Position numbers and translations under genes: made by a program. Source: Zygnema circumcarinatum SAG 698-1b (lineage: Eukaryota > Plantae > Zygnematophyceae). Taken from it: 64,000 nucleotides of DNA. The notes beneath the pieces are model-generated. The model searched no databases. It saw only the letters and a list, made by a program, of their open reading frames with translations, and had not been told where the DNA came from. The stretch is from assembly GCA_037447605.1 (NCBI GenBank), contig CM074804.1:2356001-2420000 (forward strand). The letters are read 5' to 3'. Positions 48,365-61,187 of the stretch are shown in pieces. Numbering within the stretch: the stretch's first letter is position 1; the number at the start of each line of letters is the position of its first letter.

Positions 48365-51300
48365 ATGTCCTCATCAGAGGCATCCTCCAGCAGGTCAGGG
48401 GGCACCGTTTCAACAAGTGGTATCAGAGCGCTGGACCGGGCAGAAGGTGAAGACAGTCAGAAGATTGGAGTGCCGTTGTTTACCGGCACTAACTACAAGA
48501 CGTGGAAGTGGCGAATGAAGAAAGTGCTGCTGAGCAAGGACCTTTTTGGAGTCGTTGATGGCTCGGAGGAGAGACCAACCTCCGGTGCAGAAGCCAAGGA
48601 GTGGCTCCGAAAGGACAGGAAAGCTCAGGCCCTCTTTGCCATAACCGTGAGTGATGCACGGTCAGTTCCGTTGCAAGAACTAGAAACTAGTGCTGAAATA
48701 TGGACAAGTTTGCAGCAGGTGTATGATAGGCCGTCTGAGACAACTGCTGTCCACTTATATTCAGAACTAGGAAAGCTCAAAATGTCCGAAGATGAAGAAC
48801 TGACTGATTATATGGAGAAGTTCGATAGCTTGATGCACAGGTTTGCTATTGCTAGGAAGCCATTGGACGAAGATCATCAGATCAGTGTCTTTCTGTTGGG
48901 TCTACCGAAGAGATTTGAGCTAACAGTCGTTTCCCTTAAATCATTACTCACCGTTACAAAACTAACCGTGAGCGAGTTGAAGGGAAGGGTGAAAGATGAT
49001 GATGAGACTCAGAAGGAGAAGGAGGCTAAGGGAGAAGCTGACAAGGTGCTGGCGCTCAGATGGAGTCAGCATAAGCCCAAAGGAGATGGGAGACCCAAGG
49101 CGGGCAAGGGTGGCCCGGGCCCAAAGAAGAACTTGAGTTGTTACAATTGTGGGAAGCTGGGACACCTGAGGACCAATTGCACGGAGCCGAATAAGGACGA
49201 TGCCAGTGGAGCGGGGCCTTCTAGGCCGGCTGCAAAGGAGAAGGTCAAAGGAGCTTGTTACAAATGTGGGAAGTTTGGCCACTTCAAGGCAAACTGTCCT
49301 GACGGCAATTCTGACAAGAATCTGATGATTGTTGAAGGCGAGTATTCAGAATTTGTCAATGGAATCCACGTGAAGGATTCAGGCTTGAGACCTTGGCTGA
49401 TTGATTCAGGAGCATCCAAGCATATGTGCGTGGATGAGTCACTCTTTGTGGAGAAGAAGGCGTTGCAGCATGCGCGGTCTGTCTACTCTGCCACTGGAGA
49501 TGGTGTTGAGGTGACTCAAGGAGGATCGGTCGAGTTGGAGGTACTCAATGGGGGTGTAGGGGCAGTATTGACCGTAGGGAATGTGCTGCACACTCCAGGA
49601 CTGCAGAATAATTTCCTTTCTGTGAGTCAGATCTGCGAGGAAGGCTGCAAGGTGTGGTTTGACAAAGTGGCATGCGCAGTAGTTGACGAGAATACCGGGA
49701 AGACCCTTTGTAGAGGCATGCAAAAGAATGGCCTTTACTTTCTAAATTGGGGAGGGAAGCCGGTTGAGGTGGTCAATGCAGTTGCAGAGGATCCCAAAGT
49801 TCAGCTTTGGCACCGCAGACTAGGACACCTTGGATATAGAGGGCTGAAGCGCCTTGCAGATGAGCAGTTAGTCAGAGGACTAGACTTGGAGGACGTTAAG
49901 GGAGAAGGACACGGAGTTTGCGAGAATTGTGTCGCAGGAAAAGCTCATAGGCGACCGTTTGGACAAGGAGCGGAGGCACAAATTTCTCGTGAGAGACTGG
50001 AGCTGGTGCACACGGACTTGTGTGGCCCCGTGTCCCCTACGAGTAAAGGTGGGGCAAGATATTTCATCACTTTTCTTGATGACTGCTCAAGGAAAGTATG
50101 GGTGAAATTACTCACTAAGAAATCGGAAGCCTTTGATGCTTTTAAAGAGTGGCAGCTTCGGGCTGAGAGAGAGACAGGATTGAAGTTGAAGACTCTTAGG
50201 TCTGACAATGGTGGGGAGTACACCTCTCATCAGTTCAGAGACTACCTGAAGTCCCTGGGAGTGAAGCACGAGTTCACTGCACCCTATTCTCCTCAGAGCA
50301 ACGGAGCTGCCGAGAGGATGAACAGGACGCTGGGAGACATGGCGAGAACGATGTTGAGTGAGTCGCCATTCCCGTTAACTTTTTGGTCAGAGGCGATCAT
50401 GACGGCAGCCTATATTCGAAATAGGTGCCCCACATCTGCTTTGAAGGATAGAGTTCCAGAGGAAGTGTGGACGGGCACTAAGCCAAACGTGCAGCATCTT
50501 AGAGTGTGGGGCTCAAAGTGTTTCATTGCCGTCCCAAAGCAGAAGCAGAATCAGAAGTTCAGTCCTCGTGCAGTGGAAGGCTATTTTCTTGGCTATAATG
50601 AAGATAGTCCGACTTACCGTATTTGGAATCCGGTCACCAAGCAGGTAGAGAGAAGTCGTGACTTGACAATGCAGGAATTCCACAAGCATACCGAAAAGTT
50701 AGACGTGGAGAAGGACGTGAACACGAGCAGTTTAGTGTTTCCATGGTTCTCAGATGATTCAGGAAGGGCTGAGGAGGTGGTAGAACCGGATGTTCAGAGT
50801 AGCCCACAAATGGAGCAGGTCGCTAGCCCACTAGGGCCTCTACCCGAGGAAGGCCCAGTCGAATGGGATGCACCCGAGGAGGAAGACTTGCAGGTGCAGC
50901 CAGCAGACGAGTCAAGAGAGACTGAGAAACCTTCTTACACAGGGCCGTTGAGGAGGAGTGCTCGACCTACCAAGCAACCTGGCTGGTTGGCCGACTTCCA
51001 CCAACAACCCTCTTGGAAGATGACGAGAAAGAAGAAGGTTAGGACACCTAGTGACTCGGCTGATTTTGCAGGCATAGCAACCTGCATGATGGCGCACATT
51101 TCAGAACCTCAAAGCTATGGAGAAGCTTTGCAAGGTGAGGATTCTGAAAAGTGGAGGGTGGCCATTGATAGTGAACTTAGCAGCCTGGAGGAAAATGGAA
51201 CGTGGAGATTAGAGGAGCTTCCTAAGGGTAGGAAAGCTATAGGCTGCAAATGGGTGTTCAAGGTGAAGCACAAGGCGGATGGGAGCGTGGATCGCTTCAA

Positions 51301-52670
51301 GGCTAGGCTGGTGGCAAAGGGGTATAGCCAAAAGGAGGGGATAGATTACTCGGAGACCTTTGCACCAGTGGTAAAATTCAACTCTCTTCGCTCACTCATT
51401 TCAATTGCAGCAGCTGAGAAGATGCATGTCCATCAGCTTGATATTAAGACTGCATTTCTCTATGGGGATCTTAGTGAAGAGATCTATATGGAGCAACCGG
51501 AGGGCACGGTAGTAGCAGGCAAGGAGCACCTTGTATGCAGGCTGGTGAAGAGCCTTTACGGGCTCAAGCAGGCACCCCGGATCTGGTACCAAAAGATCGA
51601 TGATCTTTTGCGGAGGAGTGGATACAAGCGCTTCCAATCGGACCACTCAGTCTACAGCAAAGGTACCGGGAGAGAGCTTTTGTATGTGGGCATTTACGTT
51701 GATGATCTGATCATTATTAGTTCTTCCATGGAAAGCATTCAGAGTTTGAAGGACTTGATGAAGAAGAACTTTCAGATGTCAGACTTAGGGGAGGCTCAAT
51801 ACTTATTAGGAATTCAGCTCAAGAGGGGCCAGATGGCAGTTTGTTCCTTAGTCAAGAGAAGTATGCAAAGGATGTCTTGGCTAAATTCAGAATGGACAAG
51901 TGCACTCCATGCACAAGTCCCATGGATCCTTCCCAGAGGCTTTCAGCGGCAATGTCACCCCAGTCACGTGAAGAAGTGAAGAGGATGGAGGCGGTTCCAT
52001 ACAGGTCAGCCATCGGAAGCTTAATGTACTTGATGATAGGCACAAGGCCAGACTTGGCTAAGGCAGTTAGCACAGCGAGCAGGTACATGGAATTTCCAGG
52101 GGAGAGGCATTGGGAGGCCGTCAAGAGGATCTTCAAGTTCCTAAGGGGGACTCTTGACTATGGGATCAAGTTTGAAGCCGGGAATGGAAGTGAGGTGTGG
52201 CTTTGCTGCGGCCGGATGCAGATTGGGGAGGCTTAATGATACAGCCAGATTCAATTCTCTGGCTATGCATTCATGAATAGTGGGGGAGTGGTGACTTGGA
52301 GCTCCAAGCTCCAGGATTCAGTGGCGCCTCAAGTACTGAAGCTGAGTACATGGCAGCGTGCCATGCGGCCAAGGAAGCAGCTTGGTTGCAGCAGTTCTTT
52401 GAAGAGTGTGAGAGGCCTCAAACTCCCTTGCAGCTGTTTACAGATAACCAGTCCTCAATGACTTTGATGCAAAATCCAGTTTTTCACAAGAGGTCAAAGC
52501 ACATAAGAATTCAGTATCATTTTGTGCGTGAGCTTGTGGTTGAAGGAAGAATCGCTGTAGCTTATGTTGGCACGAAAGACCAGGCAGCAGACATGCTCAC
52601 AAAAGGGGTCAATGGAGAGACGTTGTGGAAAAACAGCATGCTCTTAGGATTGGGGCCTCAAAGGAACTAA
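48365..52670 (+). pseudogene. Copia gag-pol polyprotein, copy 2, with frameshifts in RT/RNase H
   Basis: Near-identical to copy 1. One-base loss in a G run at 51825-51828, a scrambled stretch at ~52195-52260, and a one-base loss at ~52328. Confidence 0.9.
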
Positions 52671-55600
52671 GTACCAAGAGGGGGAGTGTTAGTGTACATT
52701 AGTTAGTGGTACATAGTTAGTGAGTGCATGTGTTTGTTTGGGAGTCTAGAAGGGCTAGGCGGTAGAGCTAGGGTCGAACTAGTGTCAAGCTAGGAGTTCA
52801 GAGGTGTGCATAAAGACACCGGAGGCGCGAGTAACGAGAGGCCGTCGGAACAAGAGTCCGTACCGAATGTGAACGGCCGGCTGTGGCGACGGAGTTCGAA
52901 ATGGCGCGGAGTGATGTGACGTGGCGCGGCGCGCAACTAAGGGCGCGTGACGTGGCGCGGCGCGCAACTAAAGGCGTGTGACGTGACAGGCGCGAAACGA
53001 AGGCGCGTGACGTGACAGACGTGCAGGCGCAGACGCGTGGCGAAATCAGCGCTGAGTGTGTGCTAGTGCGCTCTTAGTGTGTGCTAGTGCGGGGTTAGTA
53101 GTCGCCCATGGTTGTTGCTTTGGGCGAAGTATAAGTTCAGAGGGAGAACTTTGAGACTTAACCCTGAGTGTAGACTGCGAGAAGCAGTAGGTGTAGCTTG
53201 CCGGAATGTGGTGGAGCCTCACAGCTTGAGGGTGGTAGTCTTGTAGTGGAGTAGAGGTGCAGGGGAGGGGCTCTTGCTGCACGCTTGTACTTCAATCTGA
53301 ATTTAAGAGTTTTAGGCCGTTGTGCTTTCTCTTAATTCATTTCTTTCTGTTCTGTCTTTCATTCTTTGCTTGGGGCTGTTTTAAGCTTTGTGAGTGAGAT
53401 CTTGTGCTTCCGCAAAGGTGGCGTCTCCTAGTCCTAGGCGTGGAGAGATGTCCTCATCAGAGGCATCCTCCAGCAGGACAGGGGGCACCGTTTCAACACC
53501 CCCGGCTTCCCTCCCTCTCTCCAATCCCCCCAGCCTCCCTCCCACTCTCCCTCCCCCCGGCTTCCCTCCCTCTCTCCCTCCCCCCAGCCTCCCTCCCTCT
53601 CCCCCGGCTTCCCTCCCTCTCTCCAATCCCCCCAGCCTCCCTCCCGCTCTCCCTCCCCCCGGCTTCCCTCCCTCCCCCCAGCCTCCCTCCCTCTCTTCCT
53701 CCCGCCGGCTTCCCTTCCTCTCTCCCTCCCCCCAGCCTCCCTCCCTCTCTCCCTCCCCCGGCCCCTATTTCTCACGCCGCGCCGAAAACCTTGTATGCAT
53801 TCAGCGGACTTTGCTGCACTCCGAAAATCCCCCACATATGGTGGATCCAAATAACTGTACGGTGACAGATCCTCATCAACTGTGGATCCGTGGATCTACC
53901 ATTGATTTCAATGATTTCCAGGTTAAAATCAGCGAATCCTTTTGGGTCTGGTCGCCCTGATGTTGATCTTTCACATTCGTCGTTTTTCGCAAGGTGAAAC
54001 TCCCGGAGATCGCGGAGCCTTCCTTATTTTGTGGAACTGCTTCGAGCCAAACCTCGCCGCTGTCAGCGCCCAATCGGCGTCCATGCAATTCCGTCGTTTC
54101 CGCGACTTTCGCTGTGCTGTTTTGTCGTATTTGTAAAATTTTGGCCGTGAATGCGGCTGACAATTTTTTGGACAAATCTTGCTGCTTGCAAAACGACAAA
54201 CGTGAATTTCGCTGCCCGCCCTTTCGCGATTGCAGGGGGATCGCGACATAGACTTTGAGCATGTCCAATGAAAACTCGCCACATATGCACAAATGTTTGT
54301 CACAAAGCAAAACTGGAGTATTCGTGACTACAGTTCCCACAAGGAGACAGGTTCTGGAGCAGCCGAAGACGACAAGAGTGGTCTGTTTGGGGCCACAGAA
54401 AACGACATCCACTATTACCTCGTTAGGACAGGCAATCATCCAAATGCAATCACTTGCTGCCACATGGCAATGCATACGTCAGCTCTACTACCCGTGCAAT
54501 GGCTTTCCATTCTGGAGGACACTTTGTCGTTTGATGAAGCAGATTTGGAGTTTTCTACAAATATCCGACGTGGCAGCCGCACCGACAATCGCCGGGCGGG
54601 CCCCAAGCCCAAACTGGCCGTACATCTCGGCAGGCTCCAGGAAACTTCTCTAATCCTAGAACTGTACAGCAACAGGTGCCCGTGACTCCACTACAAAACG
54701 ACACAAAATACCGCCCGGACGGAAGCTGGCGTCGACAATAAATCCCCATACGCAAACGACAGCCGTGCCACGTGGCTGCATGCCAGTCGCAGCGCCGACT
54801 CGGCCAGCCGGGGGGGGTGCGCGTAGCGGCACCGCCCACTTTAGGATTTGCCAAATCTTCAAACGATCTTCACGATCTTGTCTGCGGCGAACAGCGTGCC
54901 ACCATGTGGCACCTGCCCGCGCCGGGCCACAAGCGACCCCATCTCGGATCGCGCCAGATCGCCGCCCGGCCGCCACGCGTCTCGCGGCGCCACTTGCCCC
55001 CGCGGCCAATGAGCGCCGGGGAGGGGGGCGGGTGTCCGCCCGTCCTTGCAAGCAAACGTGTACGGAAAGGTTGGCACGTTCCACCCCTCCCTCTACCCCC
55101 CTCTCTCCCTCCCTCCCTTCCTCCTTCCCTCCCTCCCTCCCTTGAGTCCCTTCTACCGTACCCTGCTCCCCTCCTACCCTCCCCTCCCTTCCTCCCTCCC
55201 TTTTCTTCAACCCCTCCTCGCTCCCAACCTCCGCCCTCCCTTCTTCTCGCTCTCTATCTTCAACATTCGGCGCTCCCTACCTCCATCTCTCCAACCTTCC
55301 TCCCTCCCTCCCTATCTCTCCCTCTCCCTTATTCTATCCCAAATATCCCCTCATTCTCACCGTCCTCCCTTCCTCACTTCATGCCTGTTCTCCCCTCTCA
55401 CCCTCCAACCTTCCTCCTCCTTACTCCTTCGTTCCCATCTCCCTCCCTTCCTCCCCCTCGCTCCTGCCCTCTTTTTCTCGCCTTCTCTCGCCTCTACCAT
55501 CCCTGCCATCCTCGCTTTCTCCCCACTCCCTCTCCCTCTCACCGTCTGTCGTTTCTCCCTCTGCAATCATCTTTTTCTCTCTATCCCCCCCCCTAACTCC

Positions 55601-55719
55601 CCTCTAACTCCCCCCTTCGCACACACGTGCATTTTCCCAAAAACGAGGCGATGCCAAGGAGGTGAAAGCGCCGACTCGGAGACTGCCAGCCCGACACTTT
55701 CACAGCGGCGTCTCCTCCA

Positions 55720-56685
55720 ATGGAGGCCTGCCAGCGCATCCCCATCCGCACGGCCCCGGAGGCGCCAGGTGGCAACGCAAGAGGGCCCTGCTCTGGCTCC
55801 GGCGTTGTGTCCATTCCTCTCGGCACGCCCGGATCCCTCAACTTCCGTCTCCTGTTTTTGGACGAGCGCACACAACGCCACGTGTCGCCCTGGCACGACA
55901 TCCAGCTGTACCGCCCGGAGGGTCATCTCTCCTTCGTCTGCAAGGCGCCAGCTGGCAGCTGGATATGCCACGAGGTCAGTCAGGACGAGCCCTCCAATCC
56001 CATACGCCCTGTGAGGAGGGACGAGGTGAAGGACGATGACGTGGCAGTGATGAGCCGCTTCAGTTTACGGCGACGGGAGAAGCACCATAGAGACAGTTTC
56101 GATGGCATGGATGAGCCTAGTGCGAAGGAGAGAGCGGCCCCGTGTCTTCCGTTGTCGAACAGTTTCAGCCAAGAGGAACAGGACGAACGAAACATGGAAC
56201 AGTGTTTACCGGCGCATTACCCGGACAACGTGCCATGGAACGTGGGGTTTCTTCCACAAACTTGTAATGGCACGGCGTGCATGGAACGGGGGGGGCGGGG
56301 GGGGGCTACGGTGGAGGTGGTGGAGGTCGGCGCGGAGCGGTTGCGGCGGGTGGGGGAGGTGTACTCGGTGAAGCCGCTTGGCGCGCTCCTGTCGGAGGAG
56401 GAGGGCGGCGCCGCCAGCTGGCTGGTTGTCGCTATCGCGGCGGACGACCCGGTGGTGAAGCTCATGGGGGACGCGCATGAGGTGGAGGAGTACCTCCCGC
56501 GGATATGGGAGATGATTCGGGAGTGGGTTTGCAGCGACAGGAGGGCAGCAGGTCAGTTCTTGAGCTTGGAGAGGGCGTTTCTATGTGCAACAGTTCTGTT
56601 CCCGGCTGTACAACAATTGGCATTCTCTTTGCAGCTATATGAAGGACATTGGAGATGGGCTGTCTTTAATTTAGTCCCCATTTAA
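55720..56685 (+). CDS. Family I soluble inorganic pyrophosphatase homologue (eukaryotic/plastid PPa6 type) lacking catalytic residues. The coding exon may end at a donor near 56551
   Basis: [77 protein letters not shown] and IREW align in order with PPa6/yeast Ipp1 motifs. Confidence 0.85.
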   Translation: MEACQRIPIRTAPEAPGGNARGPCSGSGVVSIPLGTPGSLNFRLLFLDERTQRHVSPWHDIQLYRPEGHLSFVCKAPAGSWICHEVSQDEPSNPIRPVRRDEVKDDDVAVMSRFSLRRREKHHRDSFDGMDEPSAKERAAPCLPLSNSFSQEEQDERNMEQCLPAHYPDNVPWNVGFLPQTCNGTACMERGGRGGATVEVVEVGAERLRRVGEVYSVKPLGALLSEEEGGAASWLVVAIAADDPVVKLMGDAHEVEEYLPRIWEMIREWVCSDRRAAGQFLSLERAFLCATVLFPAVQQLAFSLQLYEGHWRWAVFNLVPI

Positions 56686-59600
56686 CCTATATGGGAGAGG
56701 CTTTTGCTGCGTTTTCAGGATCATGAGTTTTCGGTGTACTCTTCTTGCATGGATCACTGTTCGCAGAAACCCTAAAGTGAACAAATTGGTTGAAGCAAGA
56801 ATTCGTTTGTGTTAAGTTCTGGCTGGAGTCTTCACTTTCTGCTCTGAAATCTTATATACTTAGAACCCTAAATCTCTCATATCTGTAGGCGCCGTGACCA
56901 CTTTTTCGCTACTTCTTTTATCACTGGGTAAAGATACAGAGAAAACCACCTCTTTACATCTTTCATTAGGACTTACGGGTCAATAAGCTATCTCTCCAGC
57001 ATCTCATTTTCTCCAGCTAGTCTCAAGCCGATCAGCTTTTTTTTACGACGTGCTAGACGTCATCCTTATAGTTGAGTTACCCATGTTCACTTTGTGACCA
57101 TCAACTGTTCAAGTCAATGATGGACAAGTTTCCACAATTCATACTTTGAATTCACCACTTTGCATCGCCATCTACCTCGTTACCTCGTCTTGTCACGTCA
57201 CTATTCGTCACGTCCCTTTCGTCACAGCTCTTTGTTGCTTTTTTTTTTTCACACATTATTTGGTCTGTTATTTGGGGCGCCTCTCTTTCAGGGATTTGGA
57301 AGCGAGGAGTTCGCGTAATTCGAAGGCCTGTTGACCTTGTACGGACACAAAGACACATCGGACAATGCCACGTGGCCTGGCAGCACTCGTCCGCCCGAAG
57401 AGCAGCCCTTTCCGACGCCCACCTGTCAAGACCGGCTGGACTCCCCTTGACCATCCTTGACCTGCAGATGCTATGGAGGCAGTGTGTAGAGGACACGCCC
57501 TCCGAATTCAATGCAGACATACCGCTCGCGTGCCCCCCTTCGCAGTCTTCCGTCCTTTGGGATAAAAGGTGGTTCAAACAGGGGAGGGAAAAGTGTACTG
57601 CGATATTTCCTGATCGCGATGTGTATGACGACCTACCATCTCCAACTAAGCCCTCTATAGTGACGTGCGGAGTGACGGGGCAGTTTAGATTGAGGGCCCA
57701 ACAGCTTCCCGGGGTGGCGGGGGATGATAAAGGCCTTCCAGATCTGCTTACTCCGCCTCCGGTACATGCCGACACTCAATGGCTTAGGTCACAATCGTGC
57801 CCGGAAAGGAGTTCGGAAATATTAGAAGCAACGCGGGTTCCTACCAAGCGTTCACATAGAAGGTCGTTAGAGATGGTATCGAGGCGCTCTATAGAGCTCG
57901 TTACGAGTCTGTGGCATACGGTTGGTCCTTCAGTAATGGGATCTGCTGGTAAGGGAGTGGATGGGAGCGCCCCTAGTTACAAGCTCTCAGGGACTTCAAG
58001 CTTGAACGGGAGAAGAAGCAGAATAACCAGGATAAGTGAGGTTTGCTATGAACGACCATTTGACCCCGTTTGACTCAACTGCGGCGAGGCATTGTTTTTG
58101 AGTCGACCCGTGGATGACGAACAGGAGGAATCGATCGGCAGAAGTAGAATCAGATAAAAGAGGTTCTTGAGCATGTAGGGTCCGTTGCAGCAATCGCGGT
58201 TGTGTTCGCATGGAACGGCACAATGGCATGTGAATATTAGTTGTGATTGGACGCTATTTGTTCAGGACGTGTGCCAAACGAGTTGGCCACATAACCCCTT
58301 CATTTCGCCTTCTTGAGGTTGGCCAAAGGGTCCACACACCAATGTACGAATTGTGTATGTGAACAACGACAATGATCGACAGTACAACGTTGAAGTGTGA
58401 ACATGGGAAGAGAGCAGGACGCGAGTTTAGTCCTTTGACGATGCATGGAACATGAGATTGCATTTGCACATTTCAATCTGTGAAGCATTGTGTACTGTCC
58501 TGTGGCAAGAAATGGCTAAAACTGATCAAGAGGACACAGACAGATATCGAACAAAACTGGCTCTGAAGCCTTTTGATAGCCGGGCCCTTTGCGCGTGTAA
58601 TCGTTGATGTTGAAAAATCATAACCTCACAAAATCATAAACCTTCATACACATCTGAAAATTTGAACCAGCCCTGCAGGAACCGCGTCGTTGTGCTTCCA
58701 TTCACTCGTACGGCCACAAATTACAGTAGGGCACGGCCGCGGATAAAGTACAGCGACGTTTCGCAACGAGCCCAAGTCTAGCGACTGACTGCCGCGCTCG
58801 CTCGCTCGCTCGCGCCTGGCCTTTCCGCGCCGACTCGAACCCTCCCTGCCTCCCTCGACGCCAAGGGTTGGCGAGCGGGCGAGGCTTGCCGGCAGCCGCC
58901 CGTACACGAGGTCCGTGGCCCTCGTCACGTCACGGTCACTCGTTAACGGCCGGGCCCGGGACGACGACGAGTAGCACTTGTGGAGGCGCACCGTTCGTCC
59001 CTTAAACAAAGGGGAAATTTCATTGAATTTCGTCCCTTTGTTCCTACCGCTTTAGAGAACAAAGAGATAATCGTCAAACGAGTCACGTAACCGGGCACGG
59101 CGAGAGGCGCATGCCCCCCACGACACAGAGGGAGGGCCCGTGGCCCGGGCCACCGATCCATGCCTAAAACCCTGTCTCGCACCATACCCCTCCGGCCCTC
59201 CCGACAGCGCGCCCCACACTCTCCCCATCCCTCCCTCCACCGCCCTCTATGTCAACCCCTCTATGTACCTCCCCTCCATCTCTCTCCGTTCTCTTTCCCC
59301 CTCTCGCCACTCCTCTCTTGCCTTCTCTCTTCCCCGAACTCTCTATGCTTTTTTTTCCCCTTGCGCTCTCTCTCTCTAGCCCTGTCTCTTTCGCTCCCCA
59401 ACTCTGCTCTATTTCAACCTCTCTTCCTCTCCTCCCTTCTCTTCATCATCCTCTCTCTTTCCCTCTCCATCTTTCTCAAACCCTGACTCTCTCTCAATTG
59501 TAATGGTTGATGAGTTTTCTACATACTAACGGCTCTTCCAAACCTACATACACGCATGTATGGTGAGTAGGCCAACATCCAATATCTTGACAACCTTCCT

Positions 59601-60985
59601 TTCAAGACTTTGAGAAAAACCACTTGATTATGAAAGAAAAGAGTGAGAAGAGAGAGCGGGAGGGGGAGCGGGTCTCGTAAGACCAAAATTTTGCGGGCCA
59701 GGCAAGAGCAAGGGGAAAGGGGAGAGGGGAGGGGGTGGGAGGAAGGAGGGAGGAGGGAGGAGAGAGGAGGGAGGAGGGAGGNNNNNNNNNNGGGGGAAGG
59801 GGGGAGGGTGGAGGGTGGATGGGTGAGAGTGGAGGATTGAGGGGAAGGGAGCGAGGAGGGGGCAGGGAGATAGGGATAGGAGAGGTTGAAGAGAGGGAGA
59901 GAGAGGGTGAGAGAGGGAGAAAGTGATGGGGAGGGCGAGAGGGTGAGAAACGTAGGGAGAGAGTGTTAGAGTGATAGGGGGAGGGGAGAAAAGAAAGAGG
60001 AAGATAGACGGGGAGAGAGAGGGAAGAAGCGGGCGAGGGAAAGGTGGAGCGAGTGTTAGAAAGGACGCGGTGGTTTGATAGGGCCTGTCAGACGGTACAC
60101 AAAACGAGCGGAAAAGTTTGCGGTGACGAGTCAGGAAAGTACGTTCATACGGTAATGCGCCACGTGGCGCGCTACCTTGTAGGCGCGTGGGGGGGGCTGC
60201 CGCCCTGCGAGTTGAGCTGTACTGGGAGGGTGTCGGCCACGCCCGCGTGGTTTTGCGTTCTGATTCGTTCGCGCATTGTGCGGGGGAGCTTGATTGGTCC
60301 ACGTAGGGCCAATAACCCCTTGGACTGCGAATGGCGGCTATCCACGTGTCCCGTTCCTGTCGCCTGTCGTGTAGCCCGCCTGTACGTCACACGGGCGAAA
60401 CGACGGGAAGTCAAGCTAGCGATCAGAAACGACAAAGTTAGCCTCGCAGTCATTTGTCTCGACCGGCCCGGTTCCCGCGTTAAGACCGTTGAGCCAGTTG
60501 CAGTCTGCACCCGCGGCCGCCGAATATTCAGAAATCTCCTGTCCATTGCGATGCGCCAAACTGCTGGCGACCACGTGGCGCTCAGTCGTGAATCGTCACA
60601 GTTGTCAATATTTTTGTCGTGCGCTGCCCGCCGCATATCTGATCACGCGCGGTGTCGTCTTGATGTGTCGTTTTTGTTTAACGACAAAGTACCATTCGGG
60701 GTGTCAGATTTATAAAAAGGTCGCTATGTTAATTGTAACATGAATCAGTACTCCCAATCGTTTATGGCCTCTATATTATGTCTTCATCGTGATCGGATTT
60801 CGAAATACAGTTTTTAGGGGAACTGTTTAGCCTGACTGTCTTTATTAGCGGAGCGTTCCCAGCACGCGCTCTTTCTGGTGCGTACGGTACCAATCAGGAT
60901 ACGCCACGTAGAAACGACTGTTCGTATTTTCCTGACTACCGTATATCCGATCAGGTTGCAAAATTGTTAAACGAGTTTACTTAAT

Positions 60986-61187
60986 AGGGGGAGTCAGACC
61001 TTGACCATCGCCAAATCAATTTCGATATCCTGTCGGGCGAATTACTCATCGGCTAGGTACCTATTTCGGTACGGCTGTGTATGGCGGATTCGCGGATCCC
61101 GACCCGGAATTCGTACACGAAAGAAGGGACTTTTTAGTATAAGGAATTCGGGAATTTCGAAAGCGCTGGTCAGGTCTGACTCCCCCT
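60986..61187. mobile_element. MITE, 202 bp, same TIR family as 34450-34728
   Basis: AGGGGGAGTCAGACCTTGACCATCGCC ... GCGCTGGTCAGGTCTGACTCCCCCT (slightly degenerate right TIR). Confidence 0.8.

Larger units (their letters stand above)
42526..53498 (+). mobile_element. Ty1/copia LTR retrotransposon tandem: LTR-internal-LTR-internal-LTR with one 5-bp TSD (CCCCC)
   Basis: Three 812-bp LTRs with TGTT...AACA ends at 42526-43337, 47604-48415 and 52687-53498. CCCCC at 42521-42525 and 53499-53503. PBS TGGTATCAGAGC follows LTR1 and LTR2; PPT AAGAGGGGGAG precedes LTR2 and LTR3. Confidence 0.97.

Noticed and set aside
43884-52136. Many short antisense and alternate-frame ORFs within the copia copies
   Set aside because: Shadow ORFs of gag-pol with no independent motifs.
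53794-54685. Overlapping 110-200 aa ORFs right of the copia array
   Set aside because: No recognisable domain in any frame; possibly decayed coding or TE sequence that needs a translated search.
54689-54698. CACTACAAAA, resembling a CACTA TIR
   Set aside because: No matching TTTTGTAGTG end found downstream in the window.
57152-58600. 233-aa plus-strand and 207-aa minus-strand ORFs with scattered Cys/His patterns
   Set aside because: No motif I can assign; the VYDD string does not fit the RT YxDD pattern, and neighbouring frames are full of stops.
59005-59042. Short GC/AT stem-loop as a possible Helitron 3' end or terminator
   Set aside because: No CTRR terminus at the expected distance; a single small hairpin is unremarkable.
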